Positions 30,593 to 40,087 of a DNA stretch of 64,000 bases are shown here, one piece after another; position 1 is the stretch's first letter, and each line of letters opens with the position of its first letter. The notes below the pieces were generated by a model that saw only the letters and a list, made by a program, of their open reading frames with translations, was not told where the DNA came from and searched no databases. A program made the translations under genes and the position numbers. The stretch lies in sequence record PV611058.1; one strand, 5' to 3'.

Positions 30593-31708
30593 TTAGAACA
30601 TTTGCTTGATTGCTTCAATACGCAATTCAGCAACAAAATCACGAATCTCCGATGTTTGGAGTTCACCATCTTTCACTAACTGCTGAATATCAGGTAATTC
30701 AACATCAGTATAACGATCATAAACTTTAATAATCAAATCTTCAAGTTCAGAATCAATTTCTTTGTTCAAAATGAAGTTTTCCAGTACTTTGTAAAGGAAA
30801 TCTTCACCACCATTGTTTTTGATATTCATATCCAGTAAGATTTGTCCCATTTCAACTGGGGTCTTCTTACGGAAGGTTTTAATATCTTCACGGAAACGCT
30901 TGATGTAATTACTAAACTTCACGTACTTAACTGGAACCTTAATGGAACCGTTAAGTACTGAATCATTATTTACTTCTTCATTTTCAAGAAGTACTGTCCA
31001 TAAGAAATATGGTTTATATTCTTCTGTACAATTTGCAGCGATAGAATCAATTAATTCCAGACGTTTCTTGGTAACTGGAACTGTAGTAAATGCCTTTTCG
31101 TAATAACCAAATTGTACCAGAGTTTTGATAAACTTGGAAGGGTTTTCTTCAGAAAGTGCTTTTTCGAATTCAACAAAAACACGATCTGGAACTAGATGGT
31201 CTAGTTCACCAGTACTAACCATATCTTTACACATTGTCATAGTATCATCATGGATTGTAAAGTCGGAGTAACGCGTAGCGAAACGGGCCAAACGTAGAAC
31301 ACGCAATGGATCTTCTTTAAAGTGTTCTGATACATGACGAAGTACTTTGTTCTTGATATCAGCTTTCCCGCCATAAGGGTCGATGTGAATCTGGAGTACT
31401 GGATCATATGCAATACTATTGATTGTGAGATCACGACGATATAGATCTTGTTCTAGTGTCACACCTTTTGTATTCACTTCGAAACCACCATATCCAGTAC
31501 CAGTTTTACGCTCAGTACGGGCTAATGCGTGTTCATTACCTTCTGGACTTAGATATACAGGGAAATCCTTACCTACTTGCTTGTATCCAATACTTTGCAA
31601 GTATTTAATATCGGATTCGGTAGCACCGACAATAACATAATCTTTGTCTTTTGCACGGATGCCCATTAAACGGTCACGAACGTAGCCACCAACCAAATAC
31701 TTTTTCAT
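30593..31708 (-). CDS. cca: tRNA nucleotidyltransferase (CCA-adding enzyme, class II)
   Basis: YLVGGYVRD, DKDYV, DLYRRDLTINSIA, DPLRVLRLARF. Confidence 0.93.
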   Translation of the reverse strand: MKKYLVGGYVRDRLMGIRAKDKDYVIVGATESDIKYLQSIGYKQVGKDFPVYLSPEGNEHALARTERKTGTGYGGFEVNTKGVTLEQDLYRRDLTINSIAYDPVLQIHIDPYGGKADIKNKVLRHVSEHFKEDPLRVLRLARFATRYSDFTIHDDTMTMCKDMVSTGELDHLVPDRVFVEFEKALSEENPSKFIKTLVQFGYYEKAFTTVPVTKKRLELIDSIAANCTEEYKPYFLWTVLLENEEVNNDSVLNGSIKVPVKYVKFSNYIKRFREDIKTFRKKTPVEMGQILLDMNIKNNGGEDFLYKVLENFILNKEIDSELEDLIIKVYDRYTDVELPDIQQLVKDGELQTSEIRDFVAELRIEAIKQMF

Positions 31709-31709
31709 A

Positions 31710-31832
31710 TCATTCCCCCATCAACCAATCACGTAGACGTTCCCAGAAGCCTTTTGGCTGATATTCTGGATATTCATATTCATCTGTTCCTTGCTCGGAA
31801 ACACCCCAATCTTCTTCTAATACTGTAATCAC
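31710..31832 (-). CDS. Small protein (40 aa, MITVLEEDWG...FWERLRDWLMGE); not in the ORF track
   Basis: GGAGG RBS + GTG; fills the gap exactly. Confidence 0.6.
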   Translation of the reverse strand: MITVLEEDWGVSEQGTDEYEYPEYQPKGFWERLRDWLMGE

Positions 31833-31843
31833 AATGCCTCCAA

Positions 31844-32266
31844 TTAAATTAATCTATCACGTAGACGGTCGTAATATTTTGCATGTATATCTAGTATACA
31901 CTGAAATGACGGATAGTCAATACTAAATGTATCATCAATGAACATGTACTGATCAAGTGTTTCAGGACCATTATCAACAACTGGCAATGAACCTTCTTTT
32001 TTTAACAGTGTGTTCCACATCAAATCACATGTAGTATCGAAAATTGCGTATGCTAATTCTATCTTACTTTTTCTAAGTGTAATTAATAATTCATCATTCT
32101 CTACTAACGCGTTTCGTATTTTTACACGTACTGTACCCTGAAATTTATTAGTGGTTAGTACTCTATATTGATTATACGAAATCATGCCTCGTATTTCAGT
32201 ACTGATTTCTTGTTCAGAAAAGTACCTTAATGTACTGTGGAAATTTGGTATTTTACGAATGTCCAT
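31844..32266 (-). CDS. Hypothetical protein, paralog of 32253..32666
   Basis: Shared C-terminal QY.FIDDTF motif. Confidence 0.65.
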   Translation of the reverse strand: MDIRKIPNFHSTLRYFSEQEISTEIRGMISYNQYRVLTTNKFQGTVRVKIRNALVENDELLITLRKSKIELAYAIFDTTCDLMWNTLLKKEGSLPVVDNGPETLDQYMFIDDTFSIDYPSFQCILDIHAKYYDRLRDRLI

Positions 32267-32666
32267 TCAAATTCCTTTCGTATATATGGTATACGTTCAT
32301 TATACTATTATATAGTTCAAAGTCAAATCCAAATGTGTCATCAATGAACTGATATTGTAGATACTCTTCATATGAAGCATCAATTGGTAATGAGCCAGAA
32401 CGAATATCATCTGATTTAAAATCGTCAATATATCTTAATGTTATTTCTTCATCAACAGTGATATCTATCATCAACGTATCGTCACTGTACCAAAGGTTAT
32501 GTATACGGATGTAAAGTTTCTTAGCACGATTAAAACTAGATACATTGGTATTGCGATGGAGTTTATCTAAGTTGAAGTAAAAACCAGGCTCGTTTTTACT
32601 TATGTTTTTCATATGTTCTGCAATCGAATCAATTATATAATCAATGTTGAATGTTCTCATAAACAA
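32253..32666 (-). CDS. Hypothetical protein, paralog of 31844..32266
   Basis: C-terminal YEEYLQYQFIDDTFGFD. Confidence 0.65.
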   Translation of the reverse strand: MFMRTFNIDYIIDSIAEHMKNISKNEPGFYFNLDKLHRNTNVSSFNRAKKLYIRIHNLWYSDDTLMIDITVDEEITLRYIDDFKSDDIRSGSLPIDASYEEYLQYQFIDDTFGFDFELYNSIMNVYHIYERNLNGHS

Positions 32667-32848
32667 ATCTCATAGCGGTTTGTGTTTGGATTGTAGCAAT
32701 AGGTATCATTAATTTTAACACCAGGTTTAAGTGTTATTGTTGTTCCTACTTCAGTACTTGGTTCAGGATCTAAAATTACGAATAGACCAAAAGCACCAAA
32801 TACCACACACATTAAAAATATCAGTACTGCATTCATAATGTACTCCAA
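32657..32848 (-). CDS. Small membrane protein
   Basis: N-terminal hydrophobic segment. Confidence 0.55.
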   Translation of the reverse strand: MEYIMNAVLIFLMCVVFGAFGLFVILDPEPSTEVGTTITLKPGVKINDTYCYNPNTNRYEICL

Positions 32849-32854
32849 AAAGAA

Positions 32855-32880
32855 AAGGGACAGAATAATCTCTGTCCCTT
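32855..32880 (-). terminator. Rho-independent terminator
   Basis: AAGGGACAGA-ATAATC-TCTGTCCCTT. Confidence 0.75.
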
Positions 32881-32889
32881 TATTATATC

Positions 32890-33222
32890 TTACTCTTCGT
32901 CTTCAGTCAAGTCTTCTTGAACTGGATGTTCGGGGTGGTTACGGCGATGCAATTTGATGCTTTTGTCTTTACCTAAGACAGTTTCCATTTTTTCAAATGA
33001 ATCACCAATTGCTTTGTATAAATCTGCATCATCGGCGGTGACAATCTTACCACCTGATGTTAAAGTTACGGAATATTGATTCTTATGCTCTTTCTTCACA
33101 TGAACACCGATATAAAGTACTGAAGAATCACTAAATTTCGTTAGTACATTTGCTTCTGCATGAATCGCGTCATTGATTGCTGGAGTAATATCAACATTAC
33201 CTTGGATAACTAAATCTAGCAT
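32890..33222 (-). CDS. Ribosome hibernation factor (HPF/YfiA, S30EA family)-like protein
   Basis: IQGNVDITPAI...DLYKAIGDSFEKME..L.K.K pattern matches HPF/RaiA. Confidence 0.72.
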   Translation of the reverse strand: MLDLVIQGNVDITPAINDAIHAEANVLTKFSDSSVLYIGVHVKKEHKNQYSVTLTSGGKIVTADDADLYKAIGDSFEKMETVLGKDKSIKLHRRNHPEHPVQEDLTEDEE

Positions 33223-33237
33223 AATTTACCTACCTTT

Positions 33238-34164
33238 TTAGAGTGAGCTTAACAGCAAATCCGCTCTGTTTGTAACTTGGCGATACCACAAGGAATTCAT
33301 GATTTCTTTCTTGAACTTCTTAGGGTTATCCATTTTAACACTTTTCCAAAGTTTGTCAAATGTTGCCAACTTATCAACGCCCATTGTGTATGACATTTCA
33401 AACAGGATACGCTGCTGTTCTTTTGTCAGATTAACTGCATCTTTCTTCTGCATCAATAGTGTAAAGTCCTCGTAAGTCCTTTTCATATCTTGCATTAAAA
33501 GTTTGTTGGCCTGTGCTTTGGTAATCCCGTTTCTGTACTTCATTGCATCAGAATCTTTCTTACCCAAATAATGCCCATAACCAATTGTATAATTACCTTT
33601 CATGTCCTTATAGGGATGAAATTTAGAATTGTGGAAAGGAACTCCAACTTTCCCACCAAGTAAACGTCGTTTGTTCTTGGACTGAAATTCAATAGAACCT
33701 TCAGCTTCTTTGATGTGATTGACAATTTCTGGATCTTTATAATCAAACAGTACAGTCACATCTGGTAACAATACGTTCTTCAAATCCTCTTTTGTTGGGA
33801 TAAAGATACCCTGAGAAGTATGAAGAGTTGCATTTAAGTTGATGTTCTTCAACAAAATGACATAATCTTCAATCTGTACATTTTTAGGTTTAAATTTCTG
33901 TGCAATAGAATAATAACTATCACCAGGTTGAACCGTATAATGTTTCTCGCTGCTTGGAACTGCTTTTGGTACTGACACCTGTGGTAGTTCCTGCTTTTGA
34001 ATTTGCGTAACTTGTGGTTTTAAATTATGCACCTGACTTTCGTCTAATGATGATGCACGATCACTTTGAGAAAAACCATAAAATCCAATCGCAGCGAATA
34101 GGGCTGATGAAACTAATACGCCTACGGCAATTTTAGTTTTCAGTGCTTTTTTCGCTTTTTTCAA
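33238..34164 (-). CDS. Membrane-anchored LysM + T4-type (GH24) lysozyme
   Basis: GGAGG + TTG start, N-terminal TM segment, YTVQPGDSYYSIA LysM, AEG...YKDMKGNYTIGYGH, SLWYRQVTNRA. Confidence 0.85.
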   Translation of the reverse strand: MKKAKKALKTKIAVGVLVSSALFAAIGFYGFSQSDRASSLDESQVHNLKPQVTQIQKQELPQVSVPKAVPSSEKHYTVQPGDSYYSIAQKFKPKNVQIEDYVILLKNINLNATLHTSQGIFIPTKEDLKNVLLPDVTVLFDYKDPEIVNHIKEAEGSIEFQSKNKRRLLGGKVGVPFHNSKFHPYKDMKGNYTIGYGHYLGKKDSDAMKYRNGITKAQANKLLMQDMKRTYEDFTLLMQKKDAVNLTKEQQRILFEMSYTMGVDKLATFDKLWKSVKMDNPKKFKKEIMNSLWYRQVTNRADLLLSSL

Positions 34165-34331
34165 AACGCCTCCTTTGTTGGTTGTTAACAATGAGCAATC
34201 ACAAAGAGGGCAAAGAGGCCATTTGCAAAAGCCTCATTGGACTTTCTACAGTACTCAGTTGTTCTTTGGAACATTTAAGTAGTATAGCATACTTTTTAGT
34301 TATATCAAGACCTATTTACCAAATAACCACA

Positions 34332-34742
34332 TTAATCGTAGTATGTTCTACCAATGGTGATGTGATATTTGAAATATTTAGATGCTAAACCAAGTTCATC
34401 ACGAATTTGTGCAATGAAATCATCTTCAAACTCTATGATAAAGAATGACCCAGGTTTCTTATTGTCTTTTACTTCTTCGATGAAAGGTTCGAACTTAATC
34501 TTAACTTTCATACCATCGTACTTTTTCCAGTACTCTGGATTTGGTGGCACTTCGCCACGAACGATACTGACATGTGCTCCCCATTGTGGGTCTTTAATAT
34601 CAATATGTAAGTCAGTTCTGATGAAGTACTGGTAGTATCGAACCAACTGTAATGGAAGTTGCAGTACTAACCAGAAGTCCTTCTTCTTTTTCATAGTGCC
34701 ACGATCTGGATCATACACCAGAGTTCCTTCCATTTCAATCAT
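34332..34742 (-). CDS. 2H phosphoesterase family protein
   Basis: Two Hx(S/T) motifs: AHVSIV and YHITIG. Confidence 0.75.
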   Translation of the reverse strand: MIEMEGTLVYDPDRGTMKKKKDFWLVLQLPLQLVRYYQYFIRTDLHIDIKDPQWGAHVSIVRGEVPPNPEYWKKYDGMKVKIKFEPFIEEVKDNKKPGSFFIIEFEDDFIAQIRDELGLASKYFKYHITIGRTYYD

Positions 34743-34749
34743 ATTTTAC

Positions 34750-34953
34750 CTATAAATTTACATATATGTTTTTATTTTCAATACGAACATAAGTTTCTAA
34801 AACATCTTTCGGAATTTTATTACTTGTTTTGTACCATGTAGTATTATCTACTAAAACAAAAGTTTCACCTTCAGTTTCACCAAATGTACTTAGTGCATAA
34901 ATGAAGTAGTTTGGTGATGCACTACAATAAACATCAGCATTAATTTCAATCAT
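34750..34953 (-). CDS. Hypothetical protein (67 aa)
   Basis: ORF track. Confidence 0.55.
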   Translation of the reverse strand: MIEINADVYCSASPNYFIYALSTFGETEGETFVLVDNTTWYKTSNKIPKDVLETYVRIENKNIYVNL

Positions 34954-35099
34954 ATTTTACACCACAATAAAGCTTAATACAACGAGTGTAATAAACACAC
35001 CCACGATGGCAGTCATTTCTGGATTTGCATCATATGTGTATCGGATGCACTTTAGAAAATCTTTACCAAACTTTTTTAGTCCATTCATATATTTTCCTT

Positions 35100-35456
35100 T
35101 CATTTCTTGTGTAAAGGGTCGGTACTTTCATAATAGATTGTATCATTATTTCGTTCAATAGTAAAACTCTTTTGACACAACTCTTCAGCTAAACCCTTAG
35201 CATAGTTTAATACATCTCGGTTGAGATATATTTCTTCTTTTGGGAAGCGTGGGTACTGAATAATACGAGCACACATTCCACTTTCAAGACCACCCGTGTA
35301 GATGTATTCACACGGAATCAATTGTACACAAAATCCAAGCTTGAATGCAAACTTTCGTGTGTACTCTCTTGCTGTTTGGATATCACCAGCAATATGAATA
35401 TTCCAGTACTGTGTTTCAACTGTACCTTTGTCGATGTATTGCATACTCATCTCCAA
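35100..35456 (-). CDS. Conserved hypothetical protein
   Basis: YIYTGG.E.G...IIQYPRFP motif. Confidence 0.65.
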   Translation of the reverse strand: MEMSMQYIDKGTVETQYWNIHIAGDIQTAREYTRKFAFKLGFCVQLIPCEYIYTGGLESGMCARIIQYPRFPKEEIYLNRDVLNYAKGLAEELCQKSFTIERNNDTIYYESTDPLHKK

Positions 35457-35473
35457 TTATAGCATAAAAAATC

Positions 35474-35869
35474 CTACTTGCCCAAATCTTCTATAATTCT
35501 TTTTATGGTATCATTGTTTTCCAGACATAAAGTACTGAAATTTCTACCTGTTTTTTCATTGAGTTCATTAATCTCAAGCATAAGATAACCATAAGTGATA
35601 TCTTGGACCCTACTTCGTTTTACCCTTGAGTACAGTCTGATGGGTACAGATACACGAGTATTCAAAAAGAATTCTGATAAATCATAACGATATACCAGGT
35701 ATTCATTCTTGTAACGTTTACGACTGTACGATTCTAAACACTGTGGGAAACGTCTATCAAACATACTACTTCTTAGTTGAAGTGTGATTGGATCTAACTT
35801 ATGCGAGAAATACTTTTTGATTATTTTATTAAATCTTGTTACATGTCGTTTACGCCATCTCATAATCAA
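35474..35869 (-). CDS. Basic hypothetical protein
   Basis: ORF track, coupled to neighbour. Confidence 0.55.
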   Translation of the reverse strand: MIMRWRKRHVTRFNKIIKKYFSHKLDPITLQLRSSMFDRRFPQCLESYSRKRYKNEYLVYRYDLSEFFLNTRVSVPIRLYSRVKRSRVQDITYGYLMLEINELNEKTGRNFSTLCLENNDTIKRIIEDLGK

Positions 35870-36309
35870 ACCTTAAAAAATATAATAGGAAAGTATTTTG
35901 TTTCCGAATCTGAAATACTGTTACAGTAATCTTTCAATTCATCATGGATAACATTCAAATGAATAGTAGGATAGATCATAGGTTTCTGTACTGGGCCAGT
36001 GGCATATACGCAATCTGTTCTATCCCAACTTACATATTGGGTTGGGTAATTATCTTTAGTACGTTCTTCAATAATAATATTATATTCTGGTGTATTGAAT
36101 ATATACATATCACATTGTGAAATGTACTGAACATTAAAATCACCATCAGTGAGATGGATCATGTTCCCATCGCAATATAAGCATGATGGTTCAGTGTATC
36201 CTAAAATTGAAGATAAAGTTCTGAAGTTTGCTCCTGGACCCAAATATACCAAATTCGTGTGTAAACAAATATCAATGAAACGTTTGAAGACTTCAGTTTC
36301 GTTATGCAT
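35866..36309 (-). CDS. Hypothetical protein (147 aa)
   Basis: ORF track. Confidence 0.6.
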   Translation of the reverse strand: MHNETEVFKRFIDICLHTNLVYLGPGANFRTLSSILGYTEPSCLYCDGNMIHLTDGDFNVQYISQCDMYIFNTPEYNIIIEERTKDNYPTQYVSWDRTDCVYATGPVQKPMIYPTIHLNVIHDELKDYCNSISDSETKYFPIIFFKV

Positions 36310-36352
36310 ATAGATACCTTAAAAAGACCCCACATAGTGAGGTCAAACACTT

Positions 36353-36577
36353 TTAAACGTTATCATCATCCAAAGCTTCACGGTACACATAATAAACATG
36401 CGTACCTAGAAGAACAATGAGTACAATGAATACTAACCAGAATGGTACAAAATGCAGTACAAGTGCAAATGCCATTACGGTAATAACCATCACTACTGAA
36501 CTAAAAATAAGACTAGTAGCTTTTTTAAATCCAGATAGTACATCATTCAAAACTCGTTTCATAAATGAATCAACCAT
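36353..36577 (-). CDS. Small two-TM membrane protein
   Basis: Two hydrophobic segments. Confidence 0.6.
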   Translation of the reverse strand: MVDSFMKRVLNDVLSGFKKATSLIFSSVVMVITVMAFALVLHFVPFWLVFIVLIVLLGTHVYYVYREALDDDNV

Positions 36578-37154
36578 TTTTATTCCTCATATAATCCATA
36601 TAGCAAGTTCTGCATAGACTCTTGTATGATTCATCACCACCAATAAAGACTTTATCAGTACTTTCAACTATACGGGCATTCATAGTGGCTTCTTTGCCAC
36701 ACTTCTGATTCTCACACACGTTCTTAAGTTCATGTATGTCATCAGCTATTTCGAACAGTCTTTGTGAACCTTCAAAAAGATTGGATTCAAAATCTGTTCG
36801 GATTCCATAACAGGAAACATCAACACCATAATTATCTGCTATATCAGCTAAATGGTCAATTTGTTCTCTGTTTAAAAATTGACATTCATCAACATAGATA
36901 CTGTTAATGTCAACGTCATTTTTGAGTGTTTCTTTAACTTTAAGAAGAACACTAATGTCATTTTTTGGAATTACTTCAGCCACAGCTTCGATGCCAATTC
37001 TTGAAGTAATCTTTCCTGTTCCATAACGATCATCAAGTGCACTGGTTAAGTAAATTACCTTCATTCCATTTTTCTTATGGTTATATGCTTTTTGTAAAAG
37101 ATGAGTACTTTTACCACTAGACATACTACCATAGTAATATACTAATTTACCCAT
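36570..37154 (-). CDS. tdk: Thymidine kinase
   Basis: YGSMSSGKST, SRIG, VDECQFL, YGIRTDF..NLFEGS, C..C Zn motifs. Confidence 0.97.
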   Translation of the reverse strand: MGKLVYYYGSMSSGKSTHLLQKAYNHKKNGMKVIYLTSALDDRYGTGKITSRIGIEAVAEVIPKNDISVLLKVKETLKNDVDINSIYVDECQFLNREQIDHLADIADNYGVDVSCYGIRTDFESNLFEGSQRLFEIADDIHELKNVCENQKCGKEATMNARIVESTDKVFIGGDESYKSLCRTCYMDYMRNKNG

Positions 37155-37485
37155 TTTTAATCCTTAAGTACGTGTGCTTACATTTTAATCTATTACCATA
37201 GGATGAAATTGGGATATTGAACATTTCTATTTTACCCTCTTTTAAAAGACGTAAAATATCTGGATCGTTTTTGGTTTGTACACAATGAAGACCATTGACT
37301 TGAATTTCTAAACCATTCTTCAGAAATTCATAAATCTTCTGTCTACGCTTCCCACCGAAACTTTCATTTCGGATAACATCTCTTAGGTCTTTATATTCTT
37401 GTTTTAATTTCCTGTCAAAAAGTGTTCCATCTTTCTTTCTGATTTCTTCAATACACTTATATTGAGTTTGTCCTCTAAGAGCCAT
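37147..37485 (-). CDS. Hypothetical protein (112 aa)
   Basis: ORF track, overlaps with neighbours. Confidence 0.6.
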   Translation of the reverse strand: MALRGQTQYKCIEEIRKKDGTLFDRKLKQEYKDLRDVIRNESFGGKRRQKIYEFLKNGLEIQVNGLHCVQTKNDPDILRLLKEGKIEMFNIPISSYGNRLKCKHTYLRIKNG

Positions 37486-37954
37486 ATTTGACCTCGTTGG
37501 GATATTTCTTCATTAACTCATGTAAACGTTGAATTTCCTGATTTTTCTTATGTTCTTCATCATACTTCTTAGAAAGATTCTTTCTTGTATTTGTTTCTAA
37601 TAATCTAAAATTAGTACAGAATCTATCATTTTTAGCAACGTTCTTACGTAACGCATCAAAAACAGTACTGAAATAGTTATCCAATGGAAAAGAAGTATCA
37701 GTGTAATTATAAAAATCCATTACATTTGTCATGTTCACATGTTCAATTACCGCACCATTGTGCGTTACAATAAACATTATATCACCATAATTACAATTTG
37801 CATCAGTACGGTACAGATATAAATGATCACGTAAATAATCTTTTAATTTATGTTCAATACCACTTTGTTCAGTACTTTGAAATACCAAAACTTCACCATA
37901 GATTGTATTACCTTCATAATCATTTGGTTCGCGGATAATTGTAAGGTTATACAT
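37475..37954 (-). CDS. Hypothetical protein (159 aa)
   Basis: ORF with GGAG RBS. Confidence 0.6.
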   Translation of the reverse strand: MYNLTIIREPNDYEGNTIYGEVLVFQSTEQSGIEHKLKDYLRDHLYLYRTDANCNYGDIMFIVTHNGAVIEHVNMTNVMDFYNYTDTSFPLDNYFSTVFDALRKNVAKNDRFCTNFRLLETNTRKNLSKKYDEEHKKNQEIQRLHELMKKYPNEVKYGS

Positions 37955-37962
37955 ATAACTCC

Positions 37963-38253
37963 TTATACCGGAGATACGGTACTCAGCATTAGTAGAGCAG
38001 TGTTTTCATCAATTTCATGTTGATTGTCGCACACTAGATTTTCCAATAGGTCTGGATTGTAATAATAATGTTCATAATCTGTATCATTTGGAATATGGTG
38101 ATAGGTGAATACAATGTCAAATACATCATCATCATTTTCACTTTTGAAACGCTTTAATTCTTCTACACTTTCAACAAAACCATACTCTTCAAAAGCAGTA
38201 GTACCATCAGTAAGTTTCATCCATGCACTTGCGACAATTTTCATAAATTTCAA
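37963..38253 (-). CDS. Hypothetical protein (96 aa)
   Basis: ORF track. Confidence 0.6.
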   Translation of the reverse strand: MKFMKIVASAWMKLTDGTTAFEEYGFVESVEELKRFKSENDDDVFDIVFTYHHIPNDTDYEHYYYNPDLLENLVCDNQHEIDENTALLMLSTVSPV

Positions 38254-38257
38254 ATCC

Positions 38258-38845
38258 TTATTCTTTTGTAATGTTTAGTTTAGAAACGAAATGGTTTTTT
38301 GCTTCTTCAAATGTCATTGAAGTATATACTGGGTTCCAATTATCGTCAAGATCTGTAAGTACTTTAACTTCCATTACATCTTCAGGTGTGTAGAATTGCC
38401 ATGTGTTATGATCTGGTTCATAATTAGGGTCTAGTGTGAAAACTGTTCCATTCTGACCATAAACTTGTCCATCCTCTAATAGCTCACGAAATAAGTCTTC
38501 CCCAGTTGTTGGGTCTTCGTATGCATTATAAAAAGGAAAAACAACATTCTCAACATCAGTTCGGGTAGTACCATCGTCTTCATCATATTCAACCAAACGG
38601 TCCTGATGAAATACTAGGTCAATAGCACCAATGCGAGGTTTATTATGTGGAGTTTTGATTTCTTGCTGGGAATTGTAATCCATACGTTCAGTACTGATGA
38701 ATACACCACTTGGTGTGATTTCAATACCAGATACATTTTCTGGTGAATAATAAGAGTCACACATATCATCAATATGCATGTGCTCATGATACACTTCCAT
38801 TTCAGGGTTCTGCATCAACAGTGCTGCTAGGTCTTTTGCTTTCAA
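38258..38845 (-). CDS. Acidic hypothetical protein (195 aa)
   Basis: MKAKDLAALL..NPEMEV N-terminus typical of small phage proteins. Confidence 0.6.
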   Translation of the reverse strand: MKAKDLAALLMQNPEMEVYHEHMHIDDMCDSYYSPENVSGIEITPSGVFISTERMDYNSQQEIKTPHNKPRIGAIDLVFHQDRLVEYDEDDGTTRTDVENVVFPFYNAYEDPTTGEDLFRELLEDGQVYGQNGTVFTLDPNYEPDHNTWQFYTPEDVMEVKVLTDLDDNWNPVYTSMTFEEAKNHFVSKLNITKE

Positions 38846-39234
38846 TCTTCAATCTCCATAGAGTCATCACTTTCGTAATCATCACTAGTGTACTTAGTTT
38901 TTACCTCAATACCATTCTCATGAAGGTATGTGATAAAGCCATTACCATGAACGAATTGATTATAATATGTATTTTCTTCTACATGTGAGTCATAATCATC
39001 TTCGTAATATGTGGGCATTGTAACATCATGACCAGCACTTTGCAAGTACTGGAACAATTCTTTCAGAACTACTTCGATATCACCTTCTTCTGTGCCATAA
39101 CAATATGCAGGTTCACCGTGAGTGAATTTGAATCCTTTACAGGAAACTGTATAAATGTCACTCATGTTCATACCACAATCATCACATTCATGTATAGAAC
39201 AATGCTGGTGGAATTTAATCTTTTTGATTTGCAT
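38842..39234 (-). CDS. Hypothetical protein with CxxC (ECDDCG)
   Basis: ORF track; HECDDCG and CYG motifs. Confidence 0.6.
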   Translation of the reverse strand: MQIKKIKFHQHCSIHECDDCGMNMSDIYTVSCKGFKFTHGEPAYCYGTEEGDIEVVLKELFQYLQSAGHDVTMPTYYEDDYDSHVEENTYYNQFVHGNGFITYLHENGIEVKTKYTSDDYESDDSMEIED

Positions 39235-39568
39235 TTAGAAAATCCTGTAAAGATGTAGTAGACATTGGACTATCAGCACCATCATACCACAGTGATGTAT
39301 ATGGCTGAACTGAACTAATATCAATACAGAATCCTTCACGCTCACATTTTCGAGCGAATTCTTCAGTAGTTAGTTTGTTACCAAAAGAAATCTCAAATTC
39401 ATAACTAGACATATCAATATCAGTACTGTAAATCAATGCACCATCATATGTAATATGGAGTTTAGAATCTGCGTCAAAAAGACGATCTGAAATAGCTTCA
39501 TAATCATCTTCTGGAACTGCTTCAATAAGACGGGCCATTAGTCCAGATGTTACGCGGTAATCACTCAT
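39215..39568 (-). CDS. Hypothetical protein
   Basis: GGAG RBS before MSDYRV. Confidence 0.6.
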   Translation of the reverse strand: MSDYRVTSGLMARLIEAVPEDDYEAISDRLFDADSKLHITYDGALIYSTDIDMSSYEFEISFGNKLTTEEFARKCEREGFCIDISSVQPYTSLWYDGADSPMSTTSLQDFLNANQKD

Positions 39569-39588
39569 ATATATTCTCCAAAAGAAAA

Positions 39589-39609
39589 GGAGAGTCACAA
39601 TGACTCTCC
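39589..39609 (-). terminator. Rho-independent terminator
   Basis: GGAGAGTCA-CAA-TGACTCTCC. Confidence 0.7.
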
Positions 39610-39616
39610 ATATATT

Positions 39617-40057
39617 TTATTGTAAAACTTTGAGTTTGTAAAGCATTCCTTCACAAAAACTCATAATGTCTTCTAGTGTGTTAGTACTGCCATAGTCTTC
39701 AGCCTCTTCAAGCATAGCATGAATGGCTTTACATTGACTAACATATTCTTCAAGAATTGGTACACAATCCTCGATAGGGGTAAAACGATAACTGTTACCA
39801 GTACCTACCTGCAATGCACCGCGAGTGTTCATAATACCCTCTACAAATGCATCAACGTACTCAGGTAACTCTTTGTATAGTTCATCCAATTGTAGGTGCT
39901 TAGTGTAGAAATGGCTCTGTAAATGCCAGTTGTGAGCAGCAGCACTTAAAAATAAACTATTCTCAATAAATGTAAGTAGTACTTCATCATAAGAACTATC
40001 TTCTTCAGTATCTCCAATAAAGTCCATTACATGTCGCAAATCATTAATATTTTCCAT
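39617..40057 (-). CDS. Ferritin/Dps-like four-helix protein (DUF5856-type)
   Basis: AHNWHLQS..YTKHLQLDELYKEL..YVDAFVE; TAAATA upstream. Confidence 0.78.
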   Translation of the reverse strand: MENINDLRHVMDFIGDTEEDSSYDEVLLTFIENSLFLSAAAHNWHLQSHFYTKHLQLDELYKELPEYVDAFVEGIMNTRGALQVGTGNSYRFTPIEDCVPILEEYVSQCKAIHAMLEEAEDYGSTNTLEDIMSFCEGMLYKLKVLQ

Positions 40058-40087
40058 AAATCTCTCCTTAGAGTTATTCTATGGTAT

